A stretch of 18,253 nucleotides of DNA from assembly GCA_024975835.1 (NCBI GenBank), contig GCA_024975835.1_4840.3; one strand, 5' to 3'. The stretch's first letter is position 1. Each line of letters opens with the position of its first letter. The translations under genes were made by a program, and so were the position numbers. The DNA is from a phage. Of this stretch, positions 7,846 through 15,680 are shown piece by piece. The notes under the pieces were generated by a model. That model did no database searches and was not told the DNA's origin. It was given only the letters and a program-made list of their open reading frames with translations.

Positions 7846-8685
7846 ATGTCATATATTCTTCATGTGGATTCTGGAACCAAAATTGAAATTGAAGGCAAAG
7901 ACGTTGCTGCTATTCAGGCTGAAATCAAAGAAGCAGGTCTGATCATCGGAAACGTTACCCTGCGCCGTATGGTTGAAGGTGTTCTTCAGGCTGCCAACGG
8001 CTTCGAACTGATTGAAGGTCTGAGCGCCGAAGAGAAGGAAGAAACTCAGCAGGCTCTGGCGCAAGCCCAAGAGCAAGCCCAAGCTGAAGTATCCCTGAAA
8101 GTCGCTGAAACCGTTGATGCTGAAGCACCGATCTCTGCCGATGCATGTGAAGCCCCAGTGTCCGACGCCCCGGTAGACGCGGTTAAAGATGCAGTCAACG
8201 CGGCGCTGGAAGAAGGCAATCAGCCGTCCGACGCGAAAATCGGTTCCTTAGCGTCTTCTATGCTGAAAGAAGCATCGAAGGGTAAGACCCTGACCCCGCA
8301 GGCAGCGCTGGTAGAGCGTAAACGCCGTCACACCAAACGTGAGGAAATGGTTGACTTGGCTCGCGCTTCTAATCACGGTCCGGTCTTGGCGGCGATTGAA
8401 GCTGGTGTTGTCCCCGGCGTGTTCCTGAGCTACGTGAACCCAGACATGCGTTGGTTCCAGTTCCCGGTCACCGAACTGGCTAACCCTGAAAACCTTCACG
8501 CCCGCACCAATACGTATGTCGACGTTGCGCCTATCGTTTCCGGTGGCTGGGGCTTCAGTCTGTACGTGAACGGCAAGTCCTTCACCAAACGTCAGAAGAT
8601 CAAAGAGTCTGATGCTGAGTCTCTGGTTAAGGCGATCAATGAATGGCTTCCACAGGCTCTGGCTGAAGCGAAAGCTGCTGCGTAA
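7846..8685 (+). CDS. Hypothetical early protein (279 aa): N-terminal domain, acidic Ala/Glu/Gln-rich low-complexity linker, C-terminal domain
   Basis: ORF bracketed by the promoter at 7749-7777 and the terminator at 8716-8746; appears GC-richer with host-like codon choice by eye; no recognised family. Confidence 0.65.
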   Translation: MSYILHVDSGTKIEIEGKDVAAIQAEIKEAGLIIGNVTLRRMVEGVLQAANGFELIEGLSAEEKEETQQALAQAQEQAQAEVSLKVAETVDAEAPISADACEAPVSDAPVDAVKDAVNAALEEGNQPSDAKIGSLASSMLKEASKGKTLTPQAALVERKRRHTKREEMVDLARASNHGPVLAAIEAGVVPGVFLSYVNPDMRWFQFPVTELANPENLHARTNTYVDVAPIVSGGWGFSLYVNGKSFTKRQKIKESDAESLVKAINEWLPQALAEAKAAA

Positions 8686-8715
8686 TTTAAGTTCAGAAAC
8701 TGTTCAAAAGATGAA

Positions 8716-8746
8716 GGGGCTGCTATAATAGCAGCTCCTTTTGTTT
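8716..8746 (+). terminator. Rho-independent terminator: stem GGGGCTGCTA / TAGCAGCTCC (one G-U pair), loop TAA, then TTTTGTTT; a TATAAT hexamer (8724-8729) is embedded in the hairpin
   Basis: Read directly; lies between the stop of gene 7846..8685 and ATG 8760. Confidence 0.6.
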
Positions 8747-8759
8747 ATTGGAGCAGTTT

Positions 8760-9419
8760 ATGTCCTACTCCCTGAAGGGGTTGATGAAGCGCCCCGTCCA
8801 CACATTCTTTAAACCACCCGTCGTAAAGGGGATCTACCCAGCACGAGGGCAAATCTACTACGTCAAAGGCTCCAATGGTAGCGGTAAATCCACTGTGCCG
8901 TCTCAGCTGGCGGAGAGGGATCCTCAGGCGTATGTCGTGACCCATAATGGCAAGGTCATGCTGACTGTCTGTCCTTCGTTCAACGTGGTCTGTATCGGTA
9001 AATATGACAAGTCGAAGTCCAAGGGGGTTGATTCCCTGAAGGACACTGAGCAGATGTTGTTCGCGTTGTCTATTGCTGACCAACCAGAATACTTGAAATA
9101 TGATGTGATTTTCGAAGGTATCATTCCATCCACATTATTGAGTTCTTGGATCCCCCGTCTGACACGCCCACCACGTGAATTGGTTGTGCTCTTTATGGAC
9201 ACTCCTCTTGAAACGTGTATCACCCGCGTTAAATCACGTAACGGCGGTGTGGACTTCAATGAAAGTCTGGTGGTCGAAAAGTGGGAAAGAGTTCATGACC
9301 ATCGTCAACGACATAAAGACTTGTTCCCTACGGTAGCTGCGGGTATGATGAAGTCTCACGGCCTAACGGTAGACCAGGCTGTGATGGCATTCCTCTGTCG
9401 TGATTTTGGGAGTATCTGA
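8760..9419 (+). CDS. P-loop kinase-like protein (Walker A GSNGSGKST), 219 aa; candidate nucleotide or DNA kinase
   Basis: Walker A motif in the first 50 residues; start moved from the track's TTG 8748 to ATG 8760 (GGAG 7 nt upstream); stop overlaps the next start as TGATG. Confidence 0.6.
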   Translation: MSYSLKGLMKRPVHTFFKPPVVKGIYPARGQIYYVKGSNGSGKSTVPSQLAERDPQAYVVTHNGKVMLTVCPSFNVVCIGKYDKSKSKGVDSLKDTEQMLFALSIADQPEYLKYDVIFEGIIPSTLLSSWIPRLTRPPRELVVLFMDTPLETCITRVKSRNGGVDFNESLVVEKWERVHDHRQRHKDLFPTVAAGMMKSHGLTVDQAVMAFLCRDFGSI

Positions 9420-10465
9420 TGGAAATCAAAGCAATTAACAACAATGACATGCTGAAGCAGGCTGTCTTGGCTATCCGTGAATTCGGGATCGAATCTGATC
9501 CTGGTAATGCTGAAATCAATACTGATAGCACCCGCTTCCTTGATGGTGTGACTATCACTGTTTCCGATATTCGTGACCGCTGGCTCTCCGTTGAAGGTCG
9601 CAACTCATCGGCTATCGCTGCCATCGGCGAGACCTTCTGGGTGTTGTCAGGCCGCAACGACATAAAGTTCCTGTCACGCGTATTGCCTCGCGCTGCTAAC
9701 TTTTCGGATGATGGGGTAACATGGCGAGCTGCTTATGGTCCGCGTCTGTACGCCCATGGCCAGCTGGATAGCGTTATCAACCGCCTGCGCAAGAACCCAA
9801 ACACTCGTCAGGCGTACCTCACCATCTATGACCCGGCTCTAGATTCGGATGCTGGTCTGGCGAAGTTCAGCGAGAGCGGCGAAGCAAAGACTAAGGACAT
9901 GGTGTGTAACCTGGCTCTGTTGTTCGCCATCGTTGAAGGTCGTCTGAACCTGACGGTCATCAATCGCTCACAGGATGTTCTGTGGGGGATGAGTTCAATC
10001 AACTTCATTGAGTTCTCTATTCTTCAGGAAGTGATTGCTCGGGTGTTAGATGTTGATGTCGGTCAGTACAAGCTATTCTCTAACAATCTTCATTACTACA
10101 ACAATGAAGTCAGCCAGAAGCAGCTGGGCAAGATCACGAAGGACACCAAAGTAGAAGCTGGGTTCATCAACTCCATGATTCACTTCACGAACGTGACCAA
10201 CCAGAACCATATCCGCAATCTGTTCACTGGTGTGCTTCATCACTGTGATATCGGTAGCCCGTGGGAAACTGTGGTTGCTCACCTGAAGGAATACGATGCG
10301 GATCGCGGCCTGATTGTACAGATGGCGTACTGCCTGCACTGCAAATTGAATAACAAGCTCATTAACCTGGACCTGATTCAGGATCATGGCTTGAACACCG
10401 CGCTTACCCATTCTCCGGTTGACCGCAAGATCGTTGATCCTAAGTTCCTGGAAGGTGTAGTATGA
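9419..10465 (+). CDS. Thymidylate-synthase-superfamily enzyme, probable deoxypyrimidine-monophosphate hydroxymethylase (T4 gp42-like), 348 aa with a long C-terminal extension
   Basis: TS-fold motifs in the right order: GETFWVLSGRNDIKFL (TS ELLWFLKG...), GQLDSVINRLRKNPNTRQAYLTIYDP (TS DQL..VI..LK.DP.SRR.I.SAWNP), nucleophile Cys in DMVCNLALLF, and LTVINRSQDVLWG (TS YQRSaDvfLG; T4 gp42 MRSNDVVFG). Confidence 0.75.
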   Translation: MEIKAINNNDMLKQAVLAIREFGIESDPGNAEINTDSTRFLDGVTITVSDIRDRWLSVEGRNSSAIAAIGETFWVLSGRNDIKFLSRVLPRAANFSDDGVTWRAAYGPRLYAHGQLDSVINRLRKNPNTRQAYLTIYDPALDSDAGLAKFSESGEAKTKDMVCNLALLFAIVEGRLNLTVINRSQDVLWGMSSINFIEFSILQEVIARVLDVDVGQYKLFSNNLHYYNNEVSQKQLGKITKDTKVEAGFINSMIHFTNVTNQNHIRNLFTGVLHHCDIGSPWETVVAHLKEYDADRGLIVQMAYCLHCKLNNKLINLDLIQDHGLNTALTHSPVDRKIVDPKFLEGVV

Positions 10466-11031
10466 TGTACCCAAATCTTGAATTCTTTACGGGGCGCAAA
10501 CGCTCCGGTAAGGACTTCTGTTTGGAGTCCCTCATCAGCTATCACCAACTACAGGGTGATATGGACATCCAGCGCCTTTCGTTCTCAGATGAACTGCGCC
10601 GTGTGGCCAACTACATCTACCCATGGCTGCCAGCGGAGGTAGAGGATGCCGTGAAGGACGTTCCTTACGTGCACCCTGATAACCCCAAGGGCTTAACTCC
10701 ACGGCAGATCTGGCTTCATCTAGGCAGCGATACGGGCTTGCGTTACGTACAACCCGATCTGTTCCTGGCATTCTTCAAGCGCTTCCAGCTTCCTCTGGTA
10801 GAGCAGAACCCCCACGTCCATTATATCGTGAGCGATCTGCGTACCCCTCAGGAATATGAATGGGCGCTGAGTACGAAATGTCCTATCACCCGTATTTCAA
10901 AGGCCGACCGTGCTGGTATCATAGAGGACGATATAGAGGCTTTCATTGACCAAATGAAAGTGGACTACGAATTCCTCAATCCATTTGATGGTTGGGAACC
11001 GTTCGTTAAATTCTACGGAGAACGTAAATGA
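10462..11031 (+). CDS. Deoxynucleoside-monophosphate kinase, T4 gp1-like (189 aa)
   Basis: FFTGRKRSGKDFCLESL matches T4 gp1 FLSGVKRSGKDTTADFI (the G-x-x-RSGKD loop); YIVSDLRTPQEYEWA matches gp1 YIVPDTRQDHEMDAA; start overlaps the upstream stop as ATGA. Confidence 0.65.
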   Translation: MMYPNLEFFTGRKRSGKDFCLESLISYHQLQGDMDIQRLSFSDELRRVANYIYPWLPAEVEDAVKDVPYVHPDNPKGLTPRQIWLHLGSDTGLRYVQPDLFLAFFKRFQLPLVEQNPHVHYIVSDLRTPQEYEWALSTKCPITRISKADRAGIIEDDIEAFIDQMKVDYEFLNPFDGWEPFVKFYGERK

Positions 11032-11582
11032 TCACAGCAGGGCATATCAAAAGCCTGCTCGAACTCCAAAAGGCCACCAACGTGGCCTACTTTGGGGAAG
11101 AGTGGAAGAATGTATGGAGTCAGAACGCAGTCATCAACTCCATCTATCGTGAGTGGGCAGAGTTCCTTGATGAAACCACCCGTGACTGGAAGGTCTATGG
11201 CAACGACATCGGGTTTGACCATACGAACGCAGTTTATGAACTGGTGGACGTGGTACACTTCATGTTGTGCTTCATCCTTGTGGACCGCACCAAAGGTGAG
11301 ATCGAAGAAGAATTTGAAGTCCTCAGTAATCGCGAATTCACCCCATCTACTTTGGGTGTTGTAGGGCATCGCAATGTTACGTACCGCCTTGGGCAATTCA
11401 TGAACGATCCTTGCGTTGAGACTCTCATGTTCTTCCTGTCGTCTGCGTGTTCTTATATGGAGATCGACATTGAGACTTACATGCTGGCGCACAAACGCAA
11501 GAACGATCGCAATCGTCTGCGTGCTTCTGGTGGCGCGGATTACGACAAGTCCGCAGAAACCCCTCTGACCCTGGAGTTCTAA
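11028..11582 (+). CDS. All-alpha dNTP pyrophosphatase, T4 gp56 (dCTPase/dUTPase)-like, MazG/dUTPase_2 superfamily (184 aa)
   Basis: AVYELVDVVHFMLCFILVD matches T4 gp56 KFELVDIFHFVLNMFVGLG; start overlaps the upstream stop as ATGA. Confidence 0.55.
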   Translation: MITAGHIKSLLELQKATNVAYFGEEWKNVWSQNAVINSIYREWAEFLDETTRDWKVYGNDIGFDHTNAVYELVDVVHFMLCFILVDRTKGEIEEEFEVLSNREFTPSTLGVVGHRNVTYRLGQFMNDPCVETLMFFLSSACSYMEIDIETYMLAHKRKNDRNRLRASGGADYDKSAETPLTLEF

Positions 11583-12124
11583 TGTTTACAGTCGTCGTTT
11601 CATACCATGCGGAGAACGCTGCTCAGGCATCCTCCAAATTCGCCGAGCACATCATCGGCGGCGGCCATAATGTATTCCTTACTGAATACAACAGGCCTGT
11701 TAAACCGGGCGACGGTCTTTCGGCGACTGTTACGCATAAGATCGCCAGCGAGCAACCAGAGTCTCTGTTCAGAATGATCGAAGAGTATGCCAGTGGTGGT
11801 ATCAAGATACCAGATGAACTGGTAGACGTCTATTTTGAAGGCTCGATCTATTACATCCACGCTATGCCAAAGGATATAACCATTGAACAGATGATGTATA
11901 TCCTGAATATAGCACTGAACACTGCGTGCATCAACCGCACGAACTACAACAATCTGCGCAATATGTACCTAACCGACCGGCATAATGACGCATCGTCACT
12001 TGTTGAGATAATGTCCCTGAAGAGCATCCAAGAGGCGGTTAACATTTTGTCCCAGAAGGTTATGGGTGTAGACTTACTAACGACGATTAACAACAAAGAG
12101 GAAGTGAAATGGCCAGTTCATTAA
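11582..12124 (+). CDS. Hypothetical protein (180 aa) in the position that beta-glucosyltransferase occupies in T4, between the gene-42-like gene and uvsX
   Basis: ORF coupled to its neighbours (TAATG at the start, 16-nt overlap with uvsX); no motif recognised; too short for a GT-B glycosyltransferase. Confidence 0.55.
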   Translation: MFTVVVSYHAENAAQASSKFAEHIIGGGHNVFLTEYNRPVKPGDGLSATVTHKIASEQPESLFRMIEEYASGGIKIPDELVDVYFEGSIYYIHAMPKDITIEQMMYILNIALNTACINRTNYNNLRNMYLTDRHNDASSLVEIMSLKSIQEAVNILSQKVMGVDLLTTINNKEEVKWPVH

Positions 12125-13194
12125 TGGACCGCATGCTGAAGGTTGCTAAGAAACACGATGACCAGGCTTCAGTGCTGTCCCAATCAGACGCTCTGGAACC
12201 GTCTATCATCTGTTCTACTGGTATTCCCCTGATCGACATCGCATGGTCTGGGCGTATTGACGGCGGCCTGATCTCCGGTATCAAGATGATGGTGGGTGAT
12301 TCCCGTACCTTCAAAACGATGTTCGGTCTGGTGGACGTCAAGGCGTACATGGACAAGTTCCCTGATGCTATCTGCGTCTTTGCGGACTCAGAAAAGGGTG
12401 CCAACGCTGATTACTGGACCTCTATGGGCATTGACATGGACCGCGTCCTGTACGTACCGATCGACAACGTTGAACAGACCAAGATCCGATTGCTACAGAT
12501 CCTACAGGAAGTCAAGAAAGGCGACCATGTTATAATCTTCATCGACTCTATCAGCCAACTTCCCTCCACCAAGGAAGTTGAAGATGCGATCAAAGGGAAC
12601 GACACTCAAGACATGACCCGCGCCCGTGCCCTCAACAGCTTCTGGCGTGTCATGACTCCCGAAATCAACAGCAAAAATCTCGTGTGTGTTTGGATCAACT
12701 CCTATTACGATGAGATCGGCAACCAATATGCCGAGCCTAACATCAAAGGCGGCAAACAGGGCTTCTTATCCTCCAACTTGATCTGGTTTATCACCCGTTC
12801 TCAGGTGAAGGAAGACAAAGATCTGCTGGGCTGGAACTTCAACATAAGCATCATGAAAGGCCGCCATGTCAAAGAAAAAGCCAAGCTCCCTGTCACGGTA
12901 CTGTACAACGGTGGTATTGATCGCTGGAGCGGCCTGCTTGAGATCGCTCGTGCTCTGGGTTATGTTGATATGCCGTCTTCCGGCTGGTATGTGCGTACAG
13001 CCAAGGGCGGTTTCGATCCTGAGAAGGAAAAGAAATATCAGAAGCGTCAGATGGGTGATGATTTCTGGTATCCGCTGCTGGAGAATGTCAACTTCGCCGA
13101 TGACGTGAAGAAAATGTTCGGTGTTTCTAACGGTACTGTTATGCCTGCTAACATGCTGGAGCAAATGGACCATGTTATTAACACAAGCGAATAA
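12109..13194 (+). CDS. uvsX: UvsX RecA-like recombinase (361 aa)
   Basis: Collinear with T4 UvsX: MVGDSRTFKTMFGLV vs LAGPSKSFKSNFGL, ICVFADSE vs VCLFYDSE, VIIFIDSI vs VVVFIDSL, DMTRARAL vs DMTRAKTM, YNGGIDRWSGLLEIA vs FDGGIDPYSGLLDMA. Confidence 0.9.
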   Translation: MASSLMDRMLKVAKKHDDQASVLSQSDALEPSIICSTGIPLIDIAWSGRIDGGLISGIKMMVGDSRTFKTMFGLVDVKAYMDKFPDAICVFADSEKGANADYWTSMGIDMDRVLYVPIDNVEQTKIRLLQILQEVKKGDHVIIFIDSISQLPSTKEVEDAIKGNDTQDMTRARALNSFWRVMTPEINSKNLVCVWINSYYDEIGNQYAEPNIKGGKQGFLSSNLIWFITRSQVKEDKDLLGWNFNISIMKGRHVKEKAKLPVTVLYNGGIDRWSGLLEIARALGYVDMPSSGWYVRTAKGGFDPEKEKKYQKRQMGDDFWYPLLENVNFADDVKKMFGVSNGTVMPANMLEQMDHVINTSE

Positions 13195-13501
13195 TAGTGG
13201 AGGGGGAGGAGACTCCCCCAATAACTACACAATCATCGACCCTGGTGCTGATCAGCTGGCGATCATCAAGATCACTTCTGGCAAATTCCGTGGTGTTCAA
13301 TTCCGGTTCGGCAAGGTGGCTATTAACGAAGTGGACGGCGAACCCCGCCTGTCTTTCGTGACTGATATATTGAAGAAACCATTGCGTCTGATGTTTGTGA
13401 ATTTGAAAGAAAATGACTTGTTCACTGAGGTATCAGGGGATATCCTTGTAGACCTCATGCAGCGTAATGCTCAGGAATATAATAAATTTTTGGTGGGGTA
13501 G
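13172..13501 (+). CDS. Hypothetical protein (about 109 aa) in the T4 gene 40 position between uvsX and gene 41; start uncertain
   Basis: ORF in track begins at GTG 13121 inside uvsX; the first in-frame ATG is 13172 (GGAG 11 nt upstream); assignment to gene 40 is positional only. Confidence 0.4.
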   Translation: MLLTQANNSGGGGDSPNNYTIIDPGADQLAIIKITSGKFRGVQFRFGKVAINEVDGEPRLSFVTDILKKPLRLMFVNLKENDLFTEVSGDILVDLMQRNAQEYNKFLVG

Positions 13502-13507
13502 TGGCCA

Positions 13508-14932
13508 ATGTTACTCGAATCTGTCGTGCTTTCACAGTTGATTTACAATGAAGATTACCAAAGAAAGATCCTGCCGTACCTGAAAGCCGATTATTTTGAC
13601 AACGAAGGCGAAAAGGTCATCTTTGGCCTGATTGACAGTTATACCTCAGAGTACAATGCCCGCCCGTCTGTCGAAGCACTATCTATCATTCTTGAACGGA
13701 CAAAGTTGAACGAATATGTGTTTGACCAGGCAGTGACTGCCCTGGAGAACATCAACGACAACACCTTCAATGAAGAGTGGCTGGCGAAGGAAACCGAGGC
13801 TTGGGCGCGGCAAAAAGCCGTACACAACGCAATCAAGACCGCCGTCAACATCTACGGTGACGAGAAGCGCAAGGACGAGATGAACAACATCCCGACCATG
13901 TTGCAGGAAGCCCTGGCTATCCGGTTTGATTCATACCTCGGTCACATCTATTGGGAGATGGCGGCAGAGCAGTATGACCACATGAACTCCAACGAGGCCA
14001 AGATCCCGTTCGCAGTTGAGATCTTCAATAAGGCGACACGTGGTGGCGTTGGTAAGAAGACACTGAACATCGTAACAGGTGCGATCAACGCAGGTAAGAC
14101 CACAACGCTGATTGACCTGACCGCAGGGTACTCGGAGCAGGGGCTGAACGTCTTTGTCTTCACCCTTGAAGTGGCCGAGAACGTCTGGCGACACCGTCTT
14201 GATGCCCGTATCATGCGTCGCGACTTTGAGTCTTTAGAGAAACTCACAAGGCACGAGTATATTGCAACGATAGAGAAGCTCCGCAGTCGCCAAGATGGTG
14301 CGCCCAAGGGTGATATCGTCATCAAGGAATATCCTTCTGGTACTGGACACACGGGTTTATTCCGCCGCGATATCCTTGAGTACATCCAGGCAACAGGTCG
14401 TGCTCCTGATGTTATCGTTATTGACTATCTTGGCGAAGCTGCTTCCTCGCGCCTGCCTTCCCACCTGATGCAGAACACGAACGTCTATTACACGTCTGTG
14501 GCTCGTGAGTTTCGTGCGCTGGGATTTGAGTTTGATGTCCCTGTATGGACTGGTATGCAGTTCAATCGTGAGAATCAGAATAGCACTGATGGTGGAATCA
14601 GTGATTTGGCAGATGCTATCGGTATTCCGAAGGTGGCCGACTTCATCATGGCATTCTATGCTCCTGACGAACTGGCGGCGGTCAAGAAAGCCCGAGCCTC
14701 AATACTCAAGAACCGTTATGCCAACAAGCAGAAGCTGAAATCATTCCTGTTTGGTATGGACCAAGACAAACAGATCCTGTTTGACCTGGACTGGAATGAA
14801 GTTAAGAAGGACCTGACCGAGGCTGAGGCCAAATATGTCGAAAACGTACACATCAAACATGACCTCAACAAGTCCGGGGCTGCTGCCAGCGATGAGCAGA
14901 AAGCCCAAACGGTCAATAATTGGAAATTCTAG
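13508..14932 (+). CDS. 41: Replicative DNA helicase, T4 gp41 (DnaB-like) family (474 aa)
   Basis: Walker A GAINAGKTTTL (T4 GVNVGKSLGL); SQLIYNEDYQRKILPYLKADYF vs T4 SHLIFDQAYFSKVWPYMDSEYF; IVIDYLG vs IIIVDYLG; IPKVADFIMA vs LPATADFMLA; both end in KF. Confidence 0.9.
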   Translation: MLLESVVLSQLIYNEDYQRKILPYLKADYFDNEGEKVIFGLIDSYTSEYNARPSVEALSIILERTKLNEYVFDQAVTALENINDNTFNEEWLAKETEAWARQKAVHNAIKTAVNIYGDEKRKDEMNNIPTMLQEALAIRFDSYLGHIYWEMAAEQYDHMNSNEAKIPFAVEIFNKATRGGVGKKTLNIVTGAINAGKTTTLIDLTAGYSEQGLNVFVFTLEVAENVWRHRLDARIMRRDFESLEKLTRHEYIATIEKLRSRQDGAPKGDIVIKEYPSGTGHTGLFRRDILEYIQATGRAPDVIVIDYLGEAASSRLPSHLMQNTNVYYTSVAREFRALGFEFDVPVWTGMQFNRENQNSTDGGISDLADAIGIPKVADFIMAFYAPDELAAVKKARASILKNRYANKQKLKSFLFGMDQDKQILFDLDWNEVKKDLTEAEAKYVENVHIKHDLNKSGAAASDEQKAQTVNNWKF

Positions 14933-14958
14933 GCAATTCAATAAAGCGGGTCATAGGG

Positions 14959-14964
14959 TATAAT
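14959..14964 (+). promoter_or_regulatory. Candidate -10 element GGGTATAATT, 32 nt upstream of ATG 14997; no convincing -35
   Basis: TATAAT read directly; same spacing to the start codon as the elements at 8724 and 17597. Confidence 0.3.
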
Positions 14965-14996
14965 TCTATGATCTGAATGTAAACCAGGAGCACATC

Positions 14997-15332
14997 ATGT
15001 CACACAATGATTTTATGGCTGGCCTGGTGCAGGCCGCCAAACAGGTGTGCCACACCAAACAAGCGATTGAGCTGAGTCCGGAGCAGACTCTGGAGTTCTT
15101 CAACAATCGTAAAATCTGGGAGGAATATGGAATTGGTATGATATGCCAAGAGGGTGAACTCGTACAGCTGGATCTGCCGTCATTCCCCCTTCCAGTGCGC
15201 ACTAACACAGTGGAATGGTATACGACGGAAGATGGTGTAGAGATCATCCCGAAGTTCCAGTATCACTCCATCGTAAACTTCTTTTTACGCCGTTGCGGGA
15301 CTAATCTGATCCCACAAGGTATGAGATCCTAA
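14997..15332 (+). CDS. Hypothetical protein (111 aa)
   Basis: ORF with AGGAG 6 nt upstream of the ATG; no recognised motif. Confidence 0.55.
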   Translation: MSHNDFMAGLVQAAKQVCHTKQAIELSPEQTLEFFNNRKIWEEYGIGMICQEGELVQLDLPSFPLPVRTNTVEWYTTEDGVEIIPKFQYHSIVNFFLRRCGTNLIPQGMRS

Positions 15333-15347
15333 CAAGAGGAACACCAA

Positions 15348-15662
15348 ATGTCTGTAGAACAAATCGGTTTTTATGTACTACCTTCTGATCCTGAATCCCG
15401 TCGCAAGCTGATAGGTGCGATTGAAAACTGTCGTGCCGCCCAGGTCCGCATCAAGTCGGAACAGACTTTCATTACTGAGACTCTGGCCGAGCTGGCGAAA
15501 GAGACGGGCATCAAGGCCAGCGACCTGCGCAAGGTTGTATCCGACCGCGCCAATGGAACTTACCATAAGACGATCGAAACGAGCGAGAAATATCAAGACT
15601 TGTACGAGTCTCTATTCCCGAACGCCAAGCCCGATCGAGATCCGAATGCCAGTGGCGAATAA
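15348..15662 (+). CDS. Hypothetical protein (104 aa)
   Basis: ORF with AGAGGA 7 nt upstream of the ATG; followed by a strong terminator. Confidence 0.55.
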   Translation: MSVEQIGFYVLPSDPESRRKLIGAIENCRAAQVRIKSEQTFITETLAELAKETGIKASDLRKVVSDRANGTYHKTIETSEKYQDLYESLFPNAKPDRDPNASGE

Positions 15663-15680
15663 GTCAATAGAACACCAAGA

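Noticed and set aside
8748-8759. TTG start at 8748 for the P-loop kinase, and likewise the upstream extension of the minus-strand gene to 1108
   Set aside because: In both cases the first ATG (8760; 994) sits at ideal spacing from a GGAG ribosome-binding site, and the extensions would run into promoter or terminator sequence.
13121-13171. GTG start at 13121 for the gene-40-position ORF, overlapping uvsX by 74 nt
   Set aside because: An in-frame ATG at 13172 with an upstream GGAG gives a more conventional start; the longer form cannot be excluded without proteomic data.
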